A stretch of 35,615 nt of DNA from Actinomycetes bacterium (GCA_030612085.1 JAUWOM010000002.1:1-35615); one strand, 5' to 3'; positions 26,471 through 35,348 are shown, numbered from the stretch's first letter. Program-made: numbers and translations. Notes: a model not told the origin generated them from the sequence alone.

Positions 26471-27508
26471 ATGAAATGTGCAAGGTTGTATAGTCCTGGT
26501 AAGTTAAAAATTGAAGAGGTTGAAATCCCTGCTATAAAAAAGGGAGAGGTTTTAGTTGAAGTAAGAGCAGCCCTTACATGTGGAACAGATATAAAGACCT
26601 ATCTGAGGGGACATCCGGTATTAATAAAGAAATATCCCTCACCTTTTGGTCACGAATTTTCAGGTGTAATCTCAAAGGTAGGAACTGATGTAAATGGATT
26701 TGTTCCTGGAATGAGAGTAGTAGCTGCAAATTCTGCTCCCTGTGGTCAATGTTATTTTTGTAAAAGAGAATATTTTGGCTTATGTGAGGATTTAAGACTA
26801 TTAAATGGAGCATATTCACAATTTATAGTTGTACCTGAATTAATTGTCAATAAAAATCTTTTAGAGATTCCAGATAATGTTTCCTTTGAGAAAGCAGCAT
26901 TATCTGAGCCACTTGCATGTTGCTTAAATGCTGTTGAACGAAGCAATATTTCATCTAATGATACAGTTGTAGTAATTGGATTAGGCCCCATTGGTCTATT
27001 TTTAACTCATCTATATCATTTAAGTGGAGCAAAAGTAATAGCATGTGGAAGGGGAAAAAAAAGACTTGAACTTGCTAAGATTTTAGGAGCTAACTTTACA
27101 ATTGATGCAGGAGAAATTGAAAATGAGATAGAGGAAGTTAAAAGTTTATCAAATAATGGAAGAGGAGCTGATGTAGTTATAGAAGCAGTTGGAAAACCTG
27201 ATATTTGGGAAATGTCAGTAAAAATGGTGAGAAGAGGAGGACTTGTAATTTTATTTGGAGGTTGTCCATCAGGAACCTCATTTTCTATAGATACAACTCT
27301 GTTTCATTATGAACAAATAACTATAAAAGGAATTTTTCATCATACTCCCCAACTTTTTAAAAAAGCTCTGGATTTAATAGCAAGTGGGAAAATAAATACT
27401 AAAGCTTTTATAAGTGGAAGGCTGCCACTTGAAAAGTTGAAGAATGCATTTTCCTTAGTTAGGGAGAGAGTTGGTGTAAAATACTTTATAGACCCTTTTT
27501 ATAAATAA
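26471..27508 (+). CDS. zinc-dependent medium-chain dehydrogenase/reductase (threonine/sorbitol dehydrogenase-like; substrate unknown)
   Basis: GHEFSGVI and the structural-zinc Cys cluster CGQCYFCKREYFGLC. Rossmann motif GLGPIGL. Confidence 0.85.
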   Translation: MKCARLYSPGKLKIEEVEIPAIKKGEVLVEVRAALTCGTDIKTYLRGHPVLIKKYPSPFGHEFSGVISKVGTDVNGFVPGMRVVAANSAPCGQCYFCKREYFGLCEDLRLLNGAYSQFIVVPELIVNKNLLEIPDNVSFEKAALSEPLACCLNAVERSNISSNDTVVVIGLGPIGLFLTHLYHLSGAKVIACGRGKKRLELAKILGANFTIDAGEIENEIEEVKSLSNNGRGADVVIEAVGKPDIWEMSVKMVRRGGLVILFGGCPSGTSFSIDTTLFHYEQITIKGIFHHTPQLFKKALDLIASGKINTKAFISGRLPLEKLKNAFSLVRERVGVKYFIDPFYK

Positions 27509-27520
27509 TTTTTAAATTTA

Positions 27521-29137
27521 ATGGATAGAAAAGATATTATTTTAAAATTAAAGAAGAAAATATTAAAAGATTCCACTCTTAAGAAAGTAGTTAATGAAAT
27601 AGGTTCTAGTTTTCCTGATAGTTATTTAGTGGGTGGTTTTATAAGAGATGTTGCGTTAGGTGTGGATTCAAGAAATTTAGACATAGTTGCTCAATTTTCC
27701 CCAGAGAAAATAGCCAAGTTTGTTTCAAGCATTAAGGGCGCTAAACTTTTCCCTTTAGACATTAAAAGAAAAATTTTTAGAATGATAATAAAAAATGATA
27801 GTGAGAAAAAAGATAATAGTAAAATAAAAAATGATAGCGATATAACAACAGTTGATTTTTCATTCTACGATATTATCAAAATCAAGGATGAACTTACAGG
27901 TAGAGATTTCACTATAAACGCAATAGCAGTTCCCACAATTATTTTTTCAGAAGATTATGAATCACTTTTTAAATTACCTTTAGATGTGATAAAAGATTAT
28001 GAATTAAAGATGAAGAATGAATTATTTGAAAAGAATGAATTACCTGATAATTTAACATTTGAACTAATAGACCCATTCAATGGCTTAAAGGATTTGACAG
28101 AAGGAAGGCTTAGACTTGTAAGTGAAAAAGCATTACAAGATGATCCAGTTAGGATATTAAGAGCTTTTAGGTTTAAACTGTCTCAAAATTTCTCAATCTC
28201 AGAGGAACTTGAGCGAAAAATTAAGTCAGATTCGAATATGTTAAGATTTGTTTCTGGTGAAAGAATAGCAGATGAAGTTCTTAAGATATTTTCATATGAC
28301 AATATATCTTCTACTTTAAGAGAAATGCAGAAGTTAAATGTTTTAAAACACATATTTTTATCAATTGAAGATAATGTCGGAATATCTCAGTTCGGATATC
28401 ACTCTGAGGATGTTTTTGGTCACTTATTAAAATGTGTTGATAAAATGGATAATATAGAGGAGTTTATAAAACTATATTTGACTGATTATAGTAAACAGAT
28501 ATTCTCTCATCTAAATAAACTAATACAGGGAGATTATAAAAAATTTACTTTCCTAAAACTCGCAACTTTTTTTCATGATATAAGTAAATCAGAAACTAAA
28601 GTCGTTGATAATAATGGCAGAATTAAATTTTATAACCACCAGAATGTTGGAGCAGAAAAAATAGAAAATATTTGTAAAAATCTTAGACTCAGTAATAAAG
28701 CTACAAATTACTTAGTCAAAATGGTAGAGAAACATATGAAGATACCAAATCTATTGGGTTTAGAAAAAATTACAGATAGAGCAACGTATAGATTAATCAG
28801 GGAAGCTGGCGATGAATTAATAGATTTAATTTTATTATGTTATGTGGATAGAGTAGCTGATCCAGGACCATTAGTAGAAGTAGATTTTAAAAAGAAGATG
28901 ATTAAATATTTTAATAAAATACTATATTTAAGAGAAAAGATTAAAAAGCAGACTAAAAAGCCTTTAATTAGGGGAGATGAAATAATAGAAAAATTTGAGC
29001 TAACTCCTGGACCAAAAATTGGAGAAATTTTAAAATTAGTTGAAAAAGAAAGAGCTTTAGGTAATATATCAAATAAAAGACAAGCTTTAAGTATAATAAA
29101 GGAAGAAGTGAAATTAAATGGGAAAAAAAAGATTTAA
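27521..29137 (+). CDS. cca: CCA-adding enzyme / poly(A) polymerase-family tRNA nucleotidyltransferase with C-terminal HD domain
   Basis: Head domain GGFIRD..LG...DLD, RDFTINA, and HD motif FFHDISK. A low-complexity insertion is present. Confidence 0.8.
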   Translation: MDRKDIILKLKKKILKDSTLKKVVNEIGSSFPDSYLVGGFIRDVALGVDSRNLDIVAQFSPEKIAKFVSSIKGAKLFPLDIKRKIFRMIIKNDSEKKDNSKIKNDSDITTVDFSFYDIIKIKDELTGRDFTINAIAVPTIIFSEDYESLFKLPLDVIKDYELKMKNELFEKNELPDNLTFELIDPFNGLKDLTEGRLRLVSEKALQDDPVRILRAFRFKLSQNFSISEELERKIKSDSNMLRFVSGERIADEVLKIFSYDNISSTLREMQKLNVLKHIFLSIEDNVGISQFGYHSEDVFGHLLKCVDKMDNIEEFIKLYLTDYSKQIFSHLNKLIQGDYKKFTFLKLATFFHDISKSETKVVDNNGRIKFYNHQNVGAEKIENICKNLRLSNKATNYLVKMVEKHMKIPNLLGLEKITDRATYRLIREAGDELIDLILLCYVDRVADPGPLVEVDFKKKMIKYFNKILYLREKIKKQTKKPLIRGDEIIEKFELTPGPKIGEILKLVEKERALGNISNKRQALSIIKEEVKLNGKKKI

Positions 29138-29206
29138 GTAGGTTATTAATAAAAGTAACCCTTTAAGTCATTTAATAAAGGACTAAAATATAATAAGGTG
29201 AAAAAA

Positions 29207-30106
29207 ATGCTTTATTTTTGCTATAGTGATAAATATACAGGAGAACTACCTGGACATGTTTTTCCTATTGAAAAGTATAAGATGGTTTATGAAAGGTTAA
29301 AATCAGAGAAAATAATTACAGATAAGAATTTAATTGAACCGATAAAACCTTTAAGAAAAGAATTATCACTTGTTCATACTAATAATTATTTGGATGATCT
29401 CTTTAATTTAAGATTTACTCATAGAACTTACCCATCAGAACTTCCTTTAAATCAAAAAATTTTAGATTTTTTTCTTATAACAACTGGTGGAACAATAAGT
29501 GCTGCCAAAATGGCATGTAAATATAATGTAGCAATAAATTTAGCTGGTGGGTATCACCATGCTTTTCCAGACAGAGCAGAGGGATTCTGTTACTTAAATG
29601 ATATTGCAATCTCAATTAGGATAGTACAAACAGATAAATTGGCAAGTAAGGTTTTGATCGTTGATTGTGATTTACACCAGGGAAATGGTAATGCATATAT
29701 TTTTAGAGATGACCCAACTGTATTTACTTTCTCGATGCATCAGGAGAATAATTATCCGATAAAACAGAAAGGAGATTTGGACATTGGATTAGATGATGGT
29801 ACTACAGATATTCAGTATCTTGAATATCTGCAAAAAATTTTACCAGGACTTATTGAAAAGCAAAAACCAGATTTAATCTTCTATTTAGCAGGAGCAGATC
29901 CCTACTATAGAGATTTAATTGGTGGACTTTCGCTAACAAATGAAGGTTTAAAAAAAAGAGATGAGTTTGTTATAAATAAAGCTCAGGAAAAAAATATTCC
30001 AATTTGTATTGTTCTTGCGGGGGGTTATGCAGAAAATACAAATGATATTGTGGATATTCACTGCAATACATGTTATATTGCAAAAAAATATAGTGAAAAA
30101 TATTAA
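29207..30106 (+). CDS. histone deacetylase-family (arginase fold) deacetylase
   Basis: GGYHHAFPDRAEGFCYLND, DCDLHQGNG and AGADPY match the HDAC family. The ATG at 29207 is 6 nt after AAGGTG. The ORF-track GTG at 29198 is an alternative start. Confidence 0.85.
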   Translation: MLYFCYSDKYTGELPGHVFPIEKYKMVYERLKSEKIITDKNLIEPIKPLRKELSLVHTNNYLDDLFNLRFTHRTYPSELPLNQKILDFFLITTGGTISAAKMACKYNVAINLAGGYHHAFPDRAEGFCYLNDIAISIRIVQTDKLASKVLIVDCDLHQGNGNAYIFRDDPTVFTFSMHQENNYPIKQKGDLDIGLDDGTTDIQYLEYLQKILPGLIEKQKPDLIFYLAGADPYYRDLIGGLSLTNEGLKKRDEFVINKAQEKNIPICIVLAGGYAENTNDIVDIHCNTCYIAKKYSEKY

Positions 30107-30120
30107 TAGAAAGGGTTGGT

Positions 30121-30432
30121 ATGAAAATTTTTAAAAGATTTTTATCTAAAATTAAAGAAAAAGAAGAAGAGCAAAATGTCATGTTTCTATATGTTAAGTG
30201 CAATAGATGTGGTGAGAAAATTAAAGTTAGGATAGTAAAGAGTACTGATCTTTTGTACAACTATAACAAACCCCAGGGAGATGTAGGTTATACTTTGAGA
30301 AAGGAAATATTAGGGAATAAATGTCCCAATTTGATTTATGCTTATGCTGAATTTGATAAAAATAAGAAGATGTTAAGCCTGGATGTAAATGGTGGTATTT
30401 CCATAAAACCAGAGGAATATAAAAAGGAATAA
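30121..30432 (+). CDS. hypothetical protein, 103 aa, with a CxxC motif
   Basis: Open frame with a plausible SD (AAGGG). CNRCGEK plus a distal Cys (NKCPN). I recognise no family. Confidence 0.55.
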   Translation: MKIFKRFLSKIKEKEEEQNVMFLYVKCNRCGEKIKVRIVKSTDLLYNYNKPQGDVGYTLRKEILGNKCPNLIYAYAEFDKNKKMLSLDVNGGISIKPEEYKKE

Positions 30433-30455
30433 AATTTATTTTAAAAATATTTTAA

Positions 30456-30484
30456 TGTAGGGCAAGGCTTTAGCCTTGCTTACA
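30456..30484. repeat. family-B hairpin element, copy 3 (after the 103-aa ORF; may act as a transcript-end hairpin)
   Basis: TGTAGGGCAAGGCTTTAGCCTTGCTTACA. The core GCAAGGCT/AGCCTTGC is a perfect 8 bp, with an outer TGTAG/TTACA. Confidence 0.8.
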
Positions 30485-30578
30485 TAATTCAATATAAAAA
30501 GGTTGTTTTTTATTAAAAAAAATATCCGAATTCATGATAGTTGTGGTATATTAAAGGTTAAATTAAAGGAGTATTAAA

Positions 30579-31139
30579 GTGAATATAATATGGCGTGAAA
30601 GATATAAACCTTTATTAGAGAAAATAGTTAATCGTAAAGATCAGGTTAATAAATTTTTAGATTTTTTAGAGGACAAAACTAATTGGATAACAGCACCTGC
30701 CAGTACAAAGTACCATTTAGATAGAGATGGTGGATTAATTGATCACAGTGTTGGTGTTACACATACTCTATTAAAATTGAAAAATATTTTAATTCCTGAA
30801 ATACCTGATGAGAGCTGTGTTGTTATTGGACTATTTCATGATGTTGGGAAAGTTGGGATGGCGGGAAAACCATACTATATAAAGTTGAAAACTCCAGCAA
30901 AGGATGGAAAAAAATATATTATAAATAAAGATTTAGCAGCTATGGGGATTGCTGCGAGAAGTCTTATGCTTATTTCTAAATTCATAAGTTTAAGTGATAA
31001 TGAAGCACAGGCTATTGCATATCATGATGGTCAATATATTCCCGAAGGAAAGATAGTAGCGCATAGAGAAAGTGCACTAACACTACTTCTTCATTACGCA
31101 GATTATTGGACTTCACATATTTTAGAGAGAGGTGAATAA
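30579..31139 (+). CDS. HD-domain metal-dependent phosphohydrolase (YhaM-like HD module)
   Basis: APASTKYHLDRDGGLIDHSVGV and GLFHDVGK match an HD domain. GTG start is 7 nt after AAGGAG. Confidence 0.75.
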   Translation: MNIIWRERYKPLLEKIVNRKDQVNKFLDFLEDKTNWITAPASTKYHLDRDGGLIDHSVGVTHTLLKLKNILIPEIPDESCVVIGLFHDVGKVGMAGKPYYIKLKTPAKDGKKYIINKDLAAMGIAARSLMLISKFISLSDNEAQAIAYHDGQYIPEGKIVAHRESALTLLLHYADYWTSHILERGE

Positions 31140-31141
31140 TA

Positions 31142-32065
31142 TTGGAATATTTTGAAAATATAAACTGTTTATGTATAATTTTTCAACAATCAGAACAGGC
31201 TCCAGGAATTAATCTCTTTGGTTATCTATCATACATTTTCTGGATTGTTATGATTTTGTTGTTAGTAATTCCATATATCAAACAAAAAAAGTTAGCCATT
31301 GATCGCTTTCGTCAAATAAAAAAGATAGAACGTATTAGAGGAACAAGAGTAATTACAATGATCCATAGACAGGAAAATTTTTTTGGATTACCATTTTTTA
31401 AATACATAGATATACAAGATTCAGAACAGGTTTTAAGAGCAGTTCGAATGACTCCAAATAATATGCCTATTGATTTTATAATTCATACTCCGGGAGGATT
31501 ACAGTTAGCATCTGAACAAATCGCATTGGCTTTAGCCAATCATAAAGCAAAGGTTACAATATTTATACCTCATTATTCTATGTCCGGAGGAACTCTTCTG
31601 GCACTAGGTGCTGATGAAATTTATATGGATGAGAATGCTGTAATTGGTCCACTCGATCCACAACTTGGTCAATTTCCCATGGTTTATCCCGCAACTTCAA
31701 TTTTGAAAGCTGTTAAAAAGAAATCATTAGATGAGATTGATGATAGAACTTTAATTTTAGCAGATATAGCAACTAAAGCTATAAAACAGATGAAGCAGAG
31801 GATAGTTGAAATCATTGGCAATAGGATGGATTCAAAAAAGGCAAATAAATTAGCTAGTGTGTTGACAGATGGACGATGGACTCATGATTATCCAATAACC
31901 TTTAAGGAAGCAGAAGAGTTAGGATTTAATGTAAAGAGAGAAATTCCAAAAGAGATATATAAATTAATGGATTTATATCCTCAATCAGCAATTGGCAGAC
32001 CATCTGTCCAATATATTCCTGTACCATATCCCAAGGAAGGGGGACAAAGAAGAAGAAAAAGTTAA
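31142..32065 (+). CDS. membrane-anchored ClpP-fold serine protease (SDH/'serine dehydrogenase proteinase' family, SppA-like)
   Basis: N-terminal TM helix, then RVITMIHRQE, IHTPGGL..ASEQIA, and MSGGTLLALGADEIYMDENAVIGPLDPQ. TTG start is 7 nt after GAGGTG. Confidence 0.72.
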   Translation: MEYFENINCLCIIFQQSEQAPGINLFGYLSYIFWIVMILLLVIPYIKQKKLAIDRFRQIKKIERIRGTRVITMIHRQENFFGLPFFKYIDIQDSEQVLRAVRMTPNNMPIDFIIHTPGGLQLASEQIALALANHKAKVTIFIPHYSMSGGTLLALGADEIYMDENAVIGPLDPQLGQFPMVYPATSILKAVKKKSLDEIDDRTLILADIATKAIKQMKQRIVEIIGNRMDSKKANKLASVLTDGRWTHDYPITFKEAEELGFNVKREIPKEIYKLMDLYPQSAIGRPSVQYIPVPYPKEGGQRRRKS

Positions 32066-32188
32066 AAATAAATTAAACACAGGTAAATCCAGAAATAGAA
32101 CTTTTTTAGTAAAAAGTATGAATAAATAGTAAAATGTAAAAATAAATTTAATTTACTTAAAAATTATTATTTTTTGAAAGGAGAGAAA

Positions 32189-32425
32189 ATGGCTGCTAAT
32201 GCATATGTACTTATCAATGCAACTCCCCAGAAGATTGCTGATGTATTAACAAATATAAAAAAATCCCCTGCAGTTAAGAGAGCTAATGCTGTAACTGGAC
32301 CATACGATATTATTGCTTACATTGAAGCAGAGGATATAAATGAAATTGGAAAGACAGTTGTTTTCAAGATTCAGGGAGTTCAGGGAGTTACAAAAACTCT
32401 AACATGTATGGTCGTTGAAGTGTAA
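32189..32425 (+). CDS. stand-alone Lrp/AsnC-type ligand-binding (RAM) domain protein, 78 aa
   Basis: AYVLINA...V.GPYDIIAYIEAED matches the AsnC_trans_reg domain, and no HTH is present. ATG follows AAAGGAGAG. The ORF-track TTG at 32174 is unlikely. Confidence 0.75.
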   Translation: MAANAYVLINATPQKIADVLTNIKKSPAVKRANAVTGPYDIIAYIEAEDINEIGKTVVFKIQGVQGVTKTLTCMVVEV

Positions 32426-32733
32426 AAAATTTTCCATTTTTTAACAAAAAGACAATAAGTTGGTATTCTGATTTGTTTCTTATATTTAAGAAACTCAAAA
32501 AATCTTGATATTTATTTATCTTAATAATCTTTACCAACTGATTTTCCCACGTTCAAATTTTGTTAATAGATTCAGCTTTTTTTAATTTCTATAAATAAAA
32601 TTAGTAATTTCAGTCTACATATTTTTTTTCAATTTTAAGCTGAGCTCTATTGAATGTTTATTATTATTTGTACTATTAACAAGATAGGTTAACAGTTTGC
32701 TATTCGAAAAATTAATATAATGTAATAAAAGTA

Positions 32734-32799
32734 TTTGTCATTCCTTCGTTTCACTCGAGGGTCAAGGACAGGCTTAACACTCAGGGTCAGAATGACAAA
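32734..32799. repeat. family-C MITE-like element, copy 2 (upstream of the ThiF-like gene)
   Basis: The 10-bp terminal inverted repeats TTTGTCATTC and GAATGACAAA flank CCTTCGTTTCACTCGAGGGTCAAGG. Confidence 0.8.
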
Positions 32800-32853
32800 A
32801 TAATATTAAGTTTTTAAAAATAATATTAAATTTTAAAAAGTGTAAGGAAATTG

Positions 32854-33591
32854 ATGAAATTAACAGAACAAGATTTACAAAGATATAGTAGACAAATTCT
32901 AATAGATGGATTTGGAAAAGAAGGTCAATTAAAACTAAAAAACTCTACTGTTGGTATGTTAGGATGTGGAGGCCTAGGAACAGCAACATCAATTTATTTA
33001 GCAGCAGCTGGCGTAGGTAGATTAATATTAGCTGATAGTGATAAACCTGATATAACTAATCTTAATAGACAGATAACTCATTATGAATATGATATTAAAA
33101 ATAAAAGAAATAAAGCAGATTCTACAAAAGAAAAACTTTCAGAGTTTAACTCTGACATAGAAATAGAAACTTATACGAAAAATGTAAATGAAGAAAACAT
33201 AGAAAAGGTTTTTGAAAAAGCAGATTTGATTGTAGATTGTCTTGATAATTTTGAGGATAGATATATGTTAAATTCATACTGTGTAAGAACTAACAAACCT
33301 TTAATACATGCTGCAGTTTATGGTTTTTATGGTCAACTAACAACTATAGTTCCAGAAAAAACAGCATGTTTAAAATGCATTTTTCCTTCTCCCCCACCCC
33401 AAATCAAAATATTTCCCATAATTGGTGTCACCGCTGGACTTTTTGGTATATTGGAAGCAAATGAAGTGATAAAGTATATAACTGGTGTTGGGAAATCTCT
33501 ATTTAATAAGATGATGTTAATTGATCTTTCTGAAAATGAAGTGAATATGATAAAGACAGAAAGAAATAAAAACTGTCCTGTCTGTTCATAA
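32854..33591 (+). CDS. ThiF/MoeB/HesA-family E1-like adenylyltransferase
   Basis: RYSRQIL, nucleotide loop GCGGLG, NLNRQ, and the zinc motifs CLKC...CPVC. ATG is 5 nt after AAGGA, with an alternative TTG at 32851. Confidence 0.85.
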   Translation: MKLTEQDLQRYSRQILIDGFGKEGQLKLKNSTVGMLGCGGLGTATSIYLAAAGVGRLILADSDKPDITNLNRQITHYEYDIKNKRNKADSTKEKLSEFNSDIEIETYTKNVNEENIEKVFEKADLIVDCLDNFEDRYMLNSYCVRTNKPLIHAAVYGFYGQLTTIVPEKTACLKCIFPSPPPQIKIFPIIGVTAGLFGILEANEVIKYITGVGKSLFNKMMLIDLSENEVNMIKTERNKNCPVCS

Positions 33592-33619
33592 ACAAGTACT
33601 ATCTCTTTTAATTTCAAGA

Positions 33620-35230
33620 ATGAAAATGAAACTTATAAAATTATTGAAGACTAAATTTATAGAATTATTTAAAATGAATATTATGAAGCTATTTTTTCTC
33701 ATAATATTAATAGCTCTATTTTTGAACTTGTTCCAAACTACTGGATTTGGTCAAGAGGCAGTGGCAAGATTCTATGTTTTTTCATCTCCAGATTGTAATT
33801 ATTGTGATGAGTTTAAAAACGAGCATTTACCAAAGCTTTATGAAAAATATGGGGAACAAATAGAGGTAAAGATATTAGATGTATATGATGCAGAGAACTA
33901 TGAACTATGGTATAAATTTTGCGAAAAATTTAACATCTCAGAAGCACTTTTACCAACTGTTGTTATTGATGATGTTTTTTTATCAGGGTTAGATGAAGTT
34001 GAAGCTAAGCTTGATGCAGAAATAGATAGGATTATAAAAGAAGGGGGTTGTGAATTTCCCGAGGTTGGAACCGTAAAAGAACCAACTGAAGTTACAGAAG
34101 CAACAACGGAAACAACAGAAGAACCCACTGAAGTTACCGAAGAGGTGGAAACTAAAGAGATTTTTATAGCATATTTTTATCAAGCAGGATGCAAGAATTG
34201 TGATAATGTTTTTTACTTACTTAATTATCTTAAAAACAGATATCCTAATCTAATTGTTAAAGAGTATGATAGTTTAGATGGTAAAAATATTAAACTATTT
34301 GAATCATTATGTGAAAGAAGCAAAGTTGAAAAGGAAGATTGGCTTAAAACCCCAACAATTTTCATAGGTGATGATTATTTAATAGATGAAGAAATAAATA
34401 AAGTTAATTTTGAAGAGTTAATTGAAAGATACTCATCTAAAGGAACTATTTCGCCAGAAGAATTGGTTCAAGGTTATATTGAAGGAGCACATAAAAATAT
34501 AGTTGAAAGATTTAAAGAGTATACTATTTTTCCAATTATATTGGCAGGAATTATTGACGGATTTAACCCTTGTGCATTTGCTACACTAATTTTCTTTATA
34601 TCATATTTAACCTATGTTGGCAGAAGTAAAAGAGAAATAATTTTGATAGGTATATCATTTAGTTTAGCAGTTTTTCTAGCATATCTACTTCTTGGCGTTG
34701 GATTTTTAAGGATAATTACAAGCTTAAAAGCGTTTTCAGTAATTTCAAAAATTGTCTATGTAATAACAGCTTGTATTGCATTGGTTTTAGGAATTCTGAA
34801 TCTTATTGATTTCTTTAGAGCAAAAAAAGGACAGATGAATAAAACAATTTTACAACTTCCCATGTTTTTAAAACGTGAAATACACAAAACTATTAGAAAA
34901 GGAAGTAAAACAAGATTGTTTTTTATATCAGCTTTTGTAATAGGATTGGTGATTTCTATATTAGAACTTGCTTGTACTGGACAAATTTATCTTCCAACAA
35001 TTGTTTATGTATCTACAATTCCCAATTTAAAATTTAAAGCGTATCTTTATCTGATTTTATATAATTTGATGTTCATTCTGCCTTTAGTGGTTATTTTTCT
35101 CCTTTATTATATTGGAGCAACTTCAAAAAAGATTGAATATTTTATGAAAAATAATATCGCTAATGTAAAGCTGATTACTGGTTTATTTTTTATAATACTA
35201 TCAATATTTTTAATAATCTATACTATTTAG
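33620..35230 (+). CDS. membrane thiol-disulfide oxidoreductase: signal/TM, two thioredoxin-like CxxC domains, acidic linker, CcdA/DsbD-like polytopic domain
   Basis: CNYC and CKNC lie in two Trx-like modules. The membrane domain has GFNPCAF and ELACTGQIYLP, the two conserved Cys of CcdA/DsbD-type electron transporters. Start uncertain (ATG at 33620, 33674 or 33683). Confidence 0.7.
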   Translation: MKMKLIKLLKTKFIELFKMNIMKLFFLIILIALFLNLFQTTGFGQEAVARFYVFSSPDCNYCDEFKNEHLPKLYEKYGEQIEVKILDVYDAENYELWYKFCEKFNISEALLPTVVIDDVFLSGLDEVEAKLDAEIDRIIKEGGCEFPEVGTVKEPTEVTEATTETTEEPTEVTEEVETKEIFIAYFYQAGCKNCDNVFYLLNYLKNRYPNLIVKEYDSLDGKNIKLFESLCERSKVEKEDWLKTPTIFIGDDYLIDEEINKVNFEELIERYSSKGTISPEELVQGYIEGAHKNIVERFKEYTIFPIILAGIIDGFNPCAFATLIFFISYLTYVGRSKREIILIGISFSLAVFLAYLLLGVGFLRIITSLKAFSVISKIVYVITACIALVLGILNLIDFFRAKKGQMNKTILQLPMFLKREIHKTIRKGSKTRLFFISAFVIGLVISILELACTGQIYLPTIVYVSTIPNLKFKAYLYLILYNLMFILPLVVIFLLYYIGATSKKIEYFMKNNIANVKLITGLFFIILSIFLIIYTI

Positions 35231-35348
35231 TTGGTAGTTTTAAGATTACCAGATTAATGCATTAAATAAATTATAGAGTTGGTGAGACTTTCCCTTGGTG
35301 TACTGTGCTTTTATCTCTCAGTTTTTATGAGGTGAAGGTTTTTGACTT

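Noticed and set aside
32426-32850. Hidden small ubiquitin-like or ThiS-type gene or tRNA in the 425-nt spacer upstream of the ThiF-like gene
   Set aside because: Reading both strands, I found no GG-stop terminated small frame with an SD and no GC-rich cloverleaf-like segment. The only structured parts are the family-C element and an 8-bp hairpin (GTTTCTTA-TATT-TAAGAAAC, about 32482-32501).
5471-34183. All other minus-strand ORFs in the track: 5471-5689, 5912-6130, 6419-6634, 8019-8244, 11423-11680, 11848-12150, 13340-13570, 16449-16655, 18477-18848, 19850-20041, 20071-20268, 20979-21236, 22102-22500, 22669-22944, 23904-24188, 25640-25846, 26574-26991, 29970-30260, 33333-33617, 33898-34183
   Set aside because: Each lies antisense within a strongly conserved + strand gene and has a low-complexity or hydrophobic composition typical of shadow ORFs in AT-rich DNA.
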